Assembly: GCF_018350175.1 (NCBI RefSeq)
Contig: NC_058368.1
Location: 143,780,001-143,844,000 of the forward strand
Length of the DNA stretch: 64,000 bases
From: Felis catus
Taxonomy: Eukaryota
Direction of reading: 5' to 3'
Below, in pieces: positions 38,359 through 50,105 of the stretch. The stretch's first letter is position 1. Each line of letters opens with the position of its first letter. The position numbers and the translations under genes are program-made. Under the pieces are notes generated by a model. The model was not told the DNA's origin. It ran no database searches and saw only the letters and a list, made by a program, of their open reading frames with translations.

Positions 38359-40455
38359 CAGGGTAACTAAGAACACAGACTCTAGAATCATATTGACCTG
38401 GACTCCTACCAATTCCACCACCACTAACTAGTTACATCACTTTGATTAAATTACTTCACATCTTTGAGCCTCCGTTTTTGGGAAAGGGCCAACAATGCCA
38501 ATTCTTCAGGATTGCTTGTGAGAATTCAAGAAGCCAACAGGTAAAAAAAGTCCTGAGTAAACGCTAGCTCACATTAATGGTAGGTTTACCCTACTAGGCT
38601 GCCAGCCCTCTGCTTCCTTCACGGGTCTGCACAGTGCATGTGGCCCACGCTCAGCGAAGACGGGCGGAAAACTTGCCTCAACAGTGACCTAGACAGCAAG
38701 CATCACTAAGTTCATGAGATCCCACAGGTGAACAGCAAACTTGGGTTCAAGTTCTCCAGAGATCTGAAAGAGGCTGCTAGAGGGCCCAGCTGCACGGGCC
38801 GTGAGCAGAGAATAGGGCAACCAGGGCAGGCACAGAACTGTGTTCATTTGACCCCGTTGTTACCATTCTCTGGACTCCCTTCCTGGTGACCTCATTCCTT
38901 GGGGTGGGGCAGGGGAAGCTACTCTGGAGAAGCCCCAGAATTTCACGAACCCCAATTCCCAGAGTGGGGCACTTTTCCAGACCTCCACTGGGAATTCATC
39001 TAATCATTTCTCCTATTCTGAAAGAGCCAGCTGCACTGGCATTTTACAAACATTACAACATATCTGAATAACCCAGGGAGCTTGCTGATGCATATTCCTG
39101 CCCACGCCCCCCAGACTGGCAGAATGAAGCTTTAGTGAAGTGGGGCTAGGAACTGACCATTTTATTATTTTTTTAAAATGTTTATTTATTTATTTTGAGG
39201 GAGAGATAGAGCACCCAGGTGAGAGAGGGAAGGAGGGACAAAGAGAAAGAATCCCAAGCAGTCTCTGTGCTCACAGAGCCTGACATGGGGCTTGAACTAA
39301 AAAACCCTGAGATGATGACCTGAGTAGAAATCAAGAGTCAGATGATTAACCAACAGAGCCACCCAAGTGCCCCAGGAACTAACCGTTTTAAACAAGTACC
39401 CTGGGTAATTCTGATTCACTTGGAGAAAACCAGCCATGATAAGGAAATTATAACCCAACCAACCCATCCAGAGCCATGGGTTCAGTCTCCAAACCCTCTA
39501 TCTGAGAGCCAATATGTCAAACTGGAAAGAGTAAGAATTTGGGAGTCAAACAGGATTGAGATCCAAACTGAGGTCTTCAGGGCACCTGGGTGGCTCAGTC
39601 GGCTAAGCATCCGACTTCAGCTCAGGTCATGATCTTATGGTTTGTGAGTTCAAGCCCCATGTCAGGCTCTGTGCTGACAGCTCAGAGCCTGGAGCCTACC
39701 TCAGACTCTATCTCCCTCTCTCTCTGCCCCTCCCCTGCTCATGCTCATGCTCTGTCTCACTCTCTCTCTCAAAAATAAATAAAGATTACAAACAGAGGTC
39801 CTCCACATGAAAGTTGTGGGACCCTGGGCAAATTACTTGACTTCTCTGGATCTCAGCTTCCAGTTCTGTAAAGTGGGAGTAATATATCACTCAGGGTTGA
39901 AGGGTTGATTAAATGACAATTATGTAGAATGCCAGCAGTAGGTTGAAGCAGAGACTGCCACCGTTCACCAATTCATTTCCTCCTCTTCACTGCTACACAC
40001 CTGGGCCATATTTCCAAACTCCTGATGGTTAGGTATGACTCTGTGACTAGTGCTCACCAAGGAAATGAGTGTAAGTGTTGTGTGCTTGTGTTAGACCAAG
40101 GTTTCAGGAACAGATGTGCCTCCTCCATGTTCTCTTCCATTTTGAACCAATTGGATATAGATGATTAGTCCTAGTGAAAAGGCAAGCTACAATTATGAAA
40201 GAACCCTGGGTCTCTGAATCACTAGATAGAGGAGAGCCACCACCACCAAGAATACTTGCCTTGGAATTTTTTTTTTGCAAATGAGAACTAAGCCTGTATA
40301 TTTTTGGAATCTATTTTTTACCACTAATATATAAGTGGTCAGGAAATGTTCATCTTCTTTCTGCACCTCCAAATAATCATTACACATTACCCAGAACTGG
40401 TGCAAATTTTATTCTACTCAAAATGTCTTTTTCTTTTAGATATTTAATTATTTAC

Positions 40456-40459
<4 letters not shown>

Positions 40460-40512
<53 letters not shown>
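40460..40512. repeat. (AG)n microsatellite derived from a SINE CT tract
   Basis: Pure GA run of about 50 bp. Confidence 0.95.
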
Positions 40513-40514
<2 letters not shown>

Positions 40515-40677
40515 CCTAAATAGATTCCAGACAGCAAAGAGCCCAACACAGGCCTCGATCTCCTGAACCATGAGATCATGACCTGAGCTGAAATCAAGAG
40601 TCGGATGCTTAAACAACTGAGCCACTGAGGCACCCCTCTACTCAAAATATCTTTATAGGATAAAACATGATCCCTCT

Positions 40678-41460
40678 GTGATAGACCGAACTCTAAAAAC
40701 GGCCTCTCTAAGATTCCTGTCCACTGGTTATTCAATCAACTGAACACAAATCTAGGTACTTTTGTAAAAGAATTCTTCACATGTAATTAAAGGTCCAAGA
40801 CAACTGACCTCAAAGTAAGGAGATTATCCCAATGGGACTGATTCAATCACATAAGCCCTTTAATTTTTTTTTTAATGGTAATTATTTGAGAAAGAGACGG
40901 AGAGCAAGCAGGGGAGGGGCAGAGAGAGAGGGAGACACAGAATCGGAAGCAGGCTCCAGGCTCTGAGATGCCAGCACAGAGCCCGACGTGGGGCTTGGTC
41001 CCACACACCGCGAGGTCATGACCTGAGCTGAAGTCGGCCACCTAGCTGGCTGAACCACCCAGGCGCCCCTGAACCCTTTAAAAGACAGAAGGGGAAGTCA
41101 GAGAGATTCAAGTGTGCTAAGAATCCACATGCCCTTGGTGCTTTGAAGATGGAGGGCTTTGTGAGAAGGAATGAGGGGTCGGCCCCTGGCTAGCAGCCAG
41201 CAAGGAAACAAGGACCTCAGACATACAGCCACAAGTAATTGGATTCTGCCAATAATTTGAAAGAAGATTCTTCCTAGAGCCTGCAGATAAGAGCTCTGTC
41301 TAGCCAACATCCTAATTTACAGCTTTGTGATACCCTGAGCATAGAACTTAGCCAAGCCCACCCAAACTTCTGACCTTCAGAACCGTGAACTAATTAATTT
41401 GTGTTTTAACCCACCAAGTTTGTGGTAATTTGTTATAACAACAATAGAAGAGTAATACGT
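40678..41460 (+). mobile_element. MLT1-type MaLR LTR relic with a SINE insertion
   Basis: GTAATTAAAGGTCC...GAGATTATCC...GACCTCAG...CCACCAAGTTTGTGGTAATTTGTTA. Confidence 0.75.
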
Positions 41461-41663
41461 TCCCTAAACCTTTTTTTCACTTATTTTGTAAAAAATATGG
41501 TGTGGGACGGGTGCCTGGGTGGCTCAGTCAGTTAAGCCTCCGACTCTGGCTCAGGTCATGATCTTGCAGTTAGTAGACACCCATGTCGGGTTTCCACTGT
41601 CAGTGCAAAGACTGCTTTGGATCCCCTGTCTCCCTCTCTGCCCCTTCCCCATTCATGTGGCGT

Positions 41664-41706
<43 letters not shown>

Positions 41707-41959
41707 AATAAACATTTAAAAAAAACTTAAAAAAAAAATATTGGCATGGGAGTGCCTGGGTGGCTCAGTCAATTCAGTGTCTGACCCTTGGTTTCGGCTC
41801 AGGTCACAAGCTCATGGTGCATGAGTTCGAGCCCCGTGTCAGGCTCTGTGCTGACAGTGTAGAGCCTGCTTGGGATTCTCTCTCTCTCTCTCTCTCTCTC
41901 TCTTCCTCTCTCTCTCCCTCTCTCTCTGCCATTCTCTCTTCTCACTCACTCTCTCTCAA

Positions 41960-42157
41960 GATCGCCAGGGTTGATTCAGTTGATCTGGTTGGCTAGGTGG
42001 GCGTCCCCTTCCTCCCTCACCTCTCCATGTGTGTCCCTCCAGAAGCTGTGTGCTTGGTCGAAGAGGATGACTTTCCCAGATAGAGGAGGACCGCTCTTCA
42101 GTCAAGGGTATATGAGTAGCTGCACTCCCCTGCTAGAACCTCCAAACAAGCTCTCAA
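41960..42157 (+). pseudogene. Internal 7SK snRNA fragment (about nt 42-239) embedded in a SINE
   Basis: GATCGCCAGGGTTGATTC...CCCCTTCCTCCCTCAC...GATAGAGGAGGACCG...CTGCTAGAACCTCCAAACAAGCTCTCAA is collinear with 7SK, mostly with CpG-decay changes. Confidence 0.93.
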
Positions 42158-43254
42158 AATAAATAAATAAACTTAAATAATTTTTTAAAATAAATAAATA
42201 AATGTGTGGAGAATACCATTTGCTCAGTTCCTAGTGCCCAGTTGTATATTCAGGAGCTCCTTGCTCCTTGCGGTGGGAGCACACCAGGGGCTGGATGTTA
42301 GCTTCAGCTTTATAGCAGTGACAATCTACCCCCCACTTCACCAGCCCCCACATCCAAAACTTAGAAGTGGCACTGCTGTCAAGAAAAAACGTTGAGCAAA
42401 GTGATTTCAAAGGCCAATGTACTTCCCTTCAAGTAATGGGGCTGAGTCTCCTGCTCTGTAGCAAGCTCTGGATAGGCGTTGCTTGTTCCCACGTAGGAGG
42501 TCTTTATCTATTTATACCAGACTTCTTTTTCAAGTAGATTGAGGGCTCTGAGATAAAGTAACATATTAGTTGTTTTTAGTAATGTGAATTATTCACACTA
42601 ATTCCAATAATAAAAAGGGAATTTTTATATAAGGAGGCTACAAGAGTGTTTTGTGGAACCTCAAGGTCAGGAAAGTATCTGAGCCACAGGAAGACACTAG
42701 AACCAGAGTCTGGAAAACCCACCACAGATCTCTCATTGTCTTGCATCTTGTCTTAAAAATCTTTCTTTTCTTTGTCTAATTGAAAACAGGCTTCATTCTC
42801 TGTACTCTGGTCCACATGACAAAAAATGTGACTATGGGAATGGCCTGTGTTTAATGGAGATTGGCCACCTGTAGAGAGACAACTCTCCTTCCCCACTCCA
42901 CACCCCATCTTGATTACAAATTCTAGGGGAAGGGACACAAACCAGACCACCTTGGGTGAAGAACCATTCTAGAATAATTCACTAAGTCCCCAACCCCCTA
43001 ACGCAGGCGGTGAGTGGCTGTGGGCAGTCTTGTTTATGAATGTGGCAATCATCCCACCCCTATAACGCTTTGGAGGAAAGGCTGGGGCGAGGACAGTTCC
43101 CAGAGAAAATGTAGAGGGGCAGACAAGCCAAAGGGGTTTACCCCATTCCTGATAGCACAGTGAGATAGTAGTTATATGGTGCTAGACTCTGTGCTTCCCA
43201 GTATCTCGGTATCACTAACCAACGTGGTATAGTCAGATTTCCTTATGCAGCCAA

Positions 43255-43950
43255 TCACCCATTCATTCATTTAACAAATAGAAATTGCAAACCCAACATT
43301 ACGCTAGGTACTTGGTAAAACTACAATCTCTGCCCTCTTGGAGAGGGCCATACCACCACATAAGTGGAAAATTACAATACTGTACAAAATATTATAGTCT
43401 AAAACCCAAATCAGATCGGGGTGGGGCTGAGGAGAAGGCTGTCAAGAAATGCTTCCTAAAGAACAGGATACCTTAAGGGAATCTTGAAAATTAGCATGGT
43501 TGTTAGAAATAGGGGAAGGAAAAGTGTTCCAGGCAGCAGTAAGGTTCATTGCCAAGGAAGAGCATTTGGGGAAACCAAAAGTAGTACAGAAAGGTTGACA
43601 TGAGGTATGTCGGGGTGAGAGTACTGGGAGGTAGACTAGAAAAGGGGACAGAGACTAGATCTGAAGGGACATGAAAAACATAAGCATATGATGAAGGCAA
43701 TGGGCTTCCTATACAGGCATGATGTAGGTAACTTGAGTTACCTTCTTGAAAGGTCAGCGTGGCTTGTAATGGATTGGGAGTATCTGAAGATGGAATCATG
43801 CAGGTGGGCAGTTGTTGCAGTGACCTTGGGATGGCCAAGGTGAACTAAGATAGGGGCTTTGAAGACAGAGAAGAGCAAAGTGATTCAAGAGATGTCATTG
43901 CATGGGTCAAGAAAAGGCCATGCAGTGGGTGGGGTGGTGAGAGAAAGATA
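43255..43950 (-). mobile_element. L2 relic
   Basis: CATTCATTCATTTAACAAATA 3'-end motif followed by purine-rich L2-like sequence. Confidence 0.5.
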
Positions 43951-45806
43951 CATAAATAAAGTTATTACTTGAAATAGTGGAAAAAAGATTAAGAGATGGA
44001 TTCTATCAGCATTTATTGAGCAGACACACAAGGCTGAATCATGTACCTTCTGTAAATTTAGTCTAAAATTTGTGCAGTTCAGAGACTGAGTGAGGAGGAG
44101 TTTAAGGGTCATCTATCAATGTGGTCTCGGTTCTGTCTCCATGGGACAAAGAGGAAGAAAACACTTCAGCGTCATTGTTATGAAAATTCAGTTAAATACA
44201 ATGCGAAGTCAAAATAGTGGGGGTGGGAGGAGAACTGAAAATTTGATGGAGTCTCAATCAAGTAGAACTGGGACAAAAATGACCAACTAAGCAGAGATCC
44301 AATTTGGATTATAAAAAGCTAGTTCATCAGTAAGATCAGTACTGACTATAAAATCAGAAGCAAATGAAGAGTCAATTAAGCACAAAAGTTTTGCTGTGAT
44401 GTTATGCAGTAAGATCCAAACTGTACTAAATATGAAACTTCCTGCCAAGGAGAAATATAATCTTCCCTGGTGGCAAAAGTCAGAATTTCATAACATTAGC
44501 CAGATAACCACAAAAGAATGTATCTTGTAATACAAGATGTCTGTAAGCCATCATGAGACTATGCTCTCCCCACTAATTAACTAACATTCATCATTTACTG
44601 ACTGATATATTTAAAAAACACATTCCATTTCGTAGCCATGTTCTTATTATGCTGACAGGTTGAATAGAGATATACCTAAAATGTAAGCTTGCCAACAATC
44701 ATTTTTTCCTTCAATGTTGTGACATTTATCTTTTTAGAAGAGTTGCACACATACCACCAGCTGTTATTAAAAACAATGTTATCCACTGCATTTTTGCCCA
44801 AATAAAATGTATAAATTTTAATCTGGCTACCAAATAAGTTTTTAATTAAAAACTTTAATTTAAGGGGCGCCTGGGTGGCTTAGTTGGTTAAGTGTCCGAC
44901 TTCAGCTCAGGTCATGATCTTGCAGTTCATGAGTTTGAGCCCCATGTCAGGCTCTGTGCTGACAGCTCAGAGCCTGGAGCCTGCTTCGGATTCTGTGTCT
45001 CCCTCTCTGTCTGCTACTGCCCTGTTCATTCTCTCCCTCTTTCTCTCTCGCTCTCTCTCTCCCTCTCTCTCAAAAATAACAAAAAAACTTTAAAAAAATT
45101 TTTAAAAACCTTTAATTTAAAGTGTTTAATCTGGCCACAGTATCTGGCCACATTCATTGTAGAAATTCCAAATAAGAAAATTAAAATCATGTAATTCTAA
45201 CAGTCGGCAGCAATCAATTCTGTAAATTAGGACATATTGACAACATGTGTGACAGAAAAAAAGGAAAATGTAAGAAATTTTTTGAAATTTCCTGATTCCT
45301 GGGGCACCTTCGTGGCTCAGTTGGTTGAGCATCCAACTCTTGATTTTGGCTCAGGTCATGGTCTCATGGTCATGGAATCAAGCTCTCCATTGGGCTCTGT
45401 GCTGAGCGTGGAGCCTGCTTGGGATTCTCTGTCTCTGTCTCTCTCCCCCTCCTCCCCACCCCCAACTCCCCATGCTCTCTTTCTCTCTCTCTCAAAATAA
45501 ATATTTGAAGAAATATAAAATCTCCTTATTCCCCTATTATAGATTATACGATTATTCTAAATATTTGCTCCCCCACCCTTGGGGGGATATATTACTTCCC
45601 TGTCTCATTACATCAGCCCTGGGTATGTGACTTGTGTGGCCCTCCACGTGGGAGGATTATATATCCCCTCCCTGCTGACCTCAAGAGTGGCCATAGTACT
45701 TGCTTTGAGCAATGTAATGGTAACAGAAAATGTGTACCACCTCTGAACAGAAGATTTAGGAATCACCATGTTTCTGCCATCTTCTCTCTTTCTTCCAAAA
45801 GACCAG

Positions 45807-46865
45807 TGTAGGGGCAAAAAAATAATTTCCCTCTACCCTTCTAAGTTCTAGACTGGGGACCCTATAACAAAAGTTTAAAAACAGAACAAACAAGTTTATT
45901 GACGTCTCATAGGAACGAGAAAATAATTTTCACTTTACCCTTGAGTTCTTGGCTGAGATTCTTATATTAATGCTAGATTAGCAAGACAAAAACAAACATA
46001 AGTTTATTAATGTGTATATTTCATGTACACATGGGAGATATCCAGGAGAAAATGAGTAACTCCCTGACATGGCTTAGAATTCAGGCTTAACTACAATCTC
46101 AATAGGAAAAGGGATGAGGCAGTGGAATGGGATGTAGGCCTCATAGGGAGAGTAAAGGATTTTTAGGAAAGATGAATGGGCCCTTAGGAGAATGGATGGG
46201 AGGTATGATAGTTTGGGATGGTTCATCTGGGTGTGGTGTCAACTTCTAGTCTCTCCTGTGATGAAAGTCAATCCTCCCTGGTTGATGAAAATCCCAGGGA
46301 GGGATTTATAATAACTGAGTTCCTTTTGGAGGATCTATCTTTACACAGACAAGGAGATTTGAGAAAAAATTTCTCCCTGCATTTGCTGTTTTTAAAGTTC
46401 ATACAGCTCAAAATAATCAATATGTCCAAGTGGCATGTTTGCTACCCATCATTCTATACCCCATGTAAACATGAGAGATACCCACGATAAAATAAGTAAC
46501 TCTCAGAAATGGCTTACAACTCAGGCTTAAATAACATCTTCAGCTAAGACAAAAGAGAAAAGTGGAGGGGAGGTCATTTATGGACAGGTAACCAGAAAGA
46601 GCATGGCAAACCAGAGTAAGGTTTAAAATTTAAGTCAGTGTCTCCTCCATTGTTGACTCCTGGGATTAACATTTCTCCTTCCTGGTACAGAGAGGTTGGG
46701 GGATAACTTTGTAATTTTATGCCCTGCTTTTAGGTAAATAGGGACAGAGCAGAGCTTTTCTTCTATCTGTTTCTTCTCACTTACCTTCAGCTCACAATAA
46801 TCCTCATGCCAAAGTGGCCTATTCTGGTGTGACATTCAAGGTGTGACACATTCTGTCACCCTTCA
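45807..46865 (-). mobile_element. MER34-like LTR containing a second related LTR (~45910-46451), inside an MLT1 relic
   Basis: Minus strand starts TGAAGGGTGACAGAATG...GCCACTTTGGCATGAGGATTATT. Motif blocks occur twice in nested order. Flanks CCAG/TCAG. Confidence 0.65.
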
Positions 46866-47257
46866 TCAGAGAATGAAGCTATTCCCAAATAGAAGCTGTT
46901 ATATCAACCTGGCTCCCAGAGTGAAGAGAACTGAGCAGATGGCCCGCAGTTGACAAGTAACATGAGTAAGAACAGAATTTTGGTCACTGTGAATCACTGA
47001 GACTTCTGGAGTTGCTCCTTACCACAGCATAACTAAGCCTATGCTGACTGATACACCCACTGTCAACAGTTTTTATGTCTGAAGAGAGCTTTCGTGCACT
47101 GCAATAAATAAGTTGAGTTTCAACTTACATTTTATATATTTAAGTAATGTATTTTAAAACTTAATTTCTAAGCCTTTAAACTCAGGTAATTTTATTTTCA
47201 AATTGATGAATTTTGTGTTAATACTTAATTGTCCAATTTCATTTGTTTTTGACTAAT

Positions 47258-47297
47258 AAATTTATAAGCCTAATTAGATAATTAGGCTTATAAATTT
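47258..47297. repeat. Perfect 19-bp inverted repeat with a 2-nt spacer
   Basis: AAATTTATAAGCCTAATTA-GA-TAATTAGGCTTATAAATTT. Confidence 0.95.
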
Positions 47298-48521
47298 GAT
47301 AAAGTACACCCCAATATTTATCAGCTTTTTAAAATTTTTACAAAGTTCAAATTACAATCTAATAAATTTGATCTTGTCAAATTTCTTCAAATTAAAAAAA
47401 AAAGTAGATTCACATTCCTATAGACTAAATCTTTCTAAATATTTAAAACACACTAAATTGGGGCACCTGGGAGGCTCAGTTAGTTAAGCACTCAACTTCG
47501 GCTCAGGTCATGATCTTGCAGTTTGTGAGTTCGAGCCCCTCATTGGGATTTCTGCTGTCAGCACAGAGCCTGTTTCGAATCCTCTGTCCACCTCACCCCC
47601 CGCTCCCACCCCCCGCCTGCCTCTCCCCTGCTCGTTCTCCCTCTCTCTTTCAAAAATAAATAACCCTAAAAAAAAACACACACTAAATGTAAAAAGTTTA
47701 ACCATATAAATTTAATACATTAAAACTTAAACATTTAAACACTGACTTCAAACTTAATTACCTATATCTTCTTATGAATTATTGATAATTCTAAAATCAG
47801 TCTCTTTACTCACCTTCTCACCCTAAAAAGCAGAAAAACACTACATATTATAATGATTACAAAACTTATTTCTAGGTAAAATTCATTACTAGACATAACT
47901 TAGCTTGTCATCAGAGTCTTTGAAAGTATTCTTATTTACTGACAATAACGGAATATTCCAGACCCTTAGATTTCCTGCCCTCAAATGTGCAATGTTCTCC
48001 TCACCAGGGAGCCCTGAGCCCTGCCTTGGTCTTTTGCCTGGAACGTACAGAAGATGGATTTGCAAAGTAGCCCCTGAGGGCCACAAAGGAAAAGTCAGAA
48101 ACTCACAGTAACCTTTTGCCTGACATCCCTGAGATGCTAAACCAAAATCTCCGGTGTTTAAGACCCTGAGGTCCAGTAGGTCACACAAATGCAATTTCTC
48201 ACCAATATAATTGTTATACAAATAGAGAAACCAAGAGAAAGCTATACGCGCGTAAAATGGAAAAACTGATCTAAAGGGGTGATGGGGTGGGAGGCAGAGA
48301 GAGTAAAGAGGGGAAAAGGGGTGGGAGAGGGGAGATTTGGCCACCTCTGTAAAAACAAATGCATTTCGTAAGAATCTTAAGAAAATTTGCCCTTTTTCCT
48401 CATGTGTAAATGAGGGTTAGAACACTAAGGCCCATAGGATCTTTGTGAGAATTATGCCAGGCACAACATCAAGGACTCCGTAAACCTGAATTTACCGTTA
48501 TGGTTTTAAAATGGAATTCCA

Positions 48522-48728
48522 GGGGCGCCTGGGTGGCGCAGTCGGTTAAGCGTCCGACTTCAGCCAGGTCACGATCTCACGGTCTGGGAGTTCGAGCCCC
48601 GCGTCAGGCTCTAGGCTGATGGCTCAGAGCCTGGAGCCTGTTTCCGATTCTGTGTCTCCCTCTCTCTCTGCCCCTCCCCCGTTCATGCTCTGTCTCTCTC
48701 TGTCCCAAAAATAAATAAACGTTGAAAA

Positions 48729-48767
<39 letters not shown>

Positions 48768-49006
48768 AATGGAATCCCAGAGGGGCGCCTGGGTGGCTCA
48801 GTCGGTTGAGTGTCTGACTTCAGCTCAGGCCATGATCTCATGCTTTGTGAGTTCGATCACGTCAGGCTCTGTGCTGACAGCTCGGATCCTGGAGCCTGCT
48901 TCAGATTCTGAGTCTTCCTCTCTCTCTCTGCCCCTAACCCGCTCACATCCTGTCTCTGTCTCTCTCAAAAATAAATAAACATTTTTAAAAAATGAAAAAA
49001 ATAAAT
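48522..49006 (+). mobile_element. Two tandem felid SINEs sharing one target site
   Basis: AAAATGGAAT(T/C)CCA occurs at 48508, 48766 and 49007. Confidence 0.93.
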
Positions 49007-49335
49007 AAAATGGAATTCCAGAATGGATTAGAGCTGGGGGGACTGGATGCCATAGGACATACAGAAGCCCGTCCTCACTCCCTCCGCCTCCCCTTTCTCT
49101 TTCACAACTATTTCTCTGCATGTCTGCTTCAATCCTGTAGCTTTCCTGTAATTTGGCTTCTTCCCTAAGTCACTAACAACATCGTTTAGTTTCCCACCTC
49201 TTTGGTTCAAGACGGCAGCCACTCTAAAGCTCTAATTTCAGTCCTAAGCCCAAATTTCCAGAGGGGTGCTGCCATGAAGACAAGAGATGAACATGTGGGT
49301 ACTTTTTCTGGATGTGCATGCTTGTGCGTGTGTTC

Positions 49336-50105
49336 TGATAAAGACCCTCTCTTCTCGACCAAGCTGTAGTCAGGCTCCTCTGGGCCCTCTTCTTGACTAG
49401 GCCTGGGCCTTCTGTGTCCATCCTCCCGTTGCTGGGCCTGCACAGCCCCATCTTAGCAAGAATCCCCCACCCTTGATATCCGCTCATGTTCTTCATTCCT
49501 CACCTTCGATGTATAAATCCTTGGCCTGGCTTTAGTAAGTCTTGGTTATGTCAGTTGAACAAGAATCCCCCTACACTTGATGTCACCTCTCACAATCTCC
49601 ATCCACTTATCCTCTCCCTCTGCTCTTGGCTACACATCCCCACTTATCCTTGTTGCGTTCAGAGTTGAGCATATTAAAAGATAAACTGAGACATATTTAA
49701 AAATTTAAGAGTTTGAGTAAAATTGGATTAAAACTGGGCAGCATCCAATCTAGCAGACAGAAAGGAGCTCTATGAGCAGCACGAAATGGAAGACAAAGAC
49801 AGAAGGGAGTAGGAATGAGGTTATACCGGCAAAAAAATGGACTGGTTATTACAACCAGTAAACACAAACCAGTATTTGTGTTGTCAGCACAAAGCTGGAT
49901 GTGGGGCTCGAACCCACAACTGTCAGATCATGACCAGTGCCAAAGTCTAATGCTCAACCTCAACCAATTGAACTACCCAGGTGTCCCTGTCGTCTTGTTT
50001 TTAACTGCCTGATCTCCGCCCTATTGCAAAACTCCAACTGCAATAGTCCCAAATAAAATCTTCCTTACAGTTGTAACAAGCATCAGAGTAACTTCCTTCT
50101 TTAAC
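49336..50105 (+). mobile_element. MER31-like LTR interrupted by another LTR fragment and a SINE piece
   Basis: TGATAAAGACCCTCTC...AGTCAGGCTCCTCTG...CTTAGCAAGAATCCCCCACCCTTGATATC...AATAAAATCTTCCTT...TTTAACA. Confidence 0.6.
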
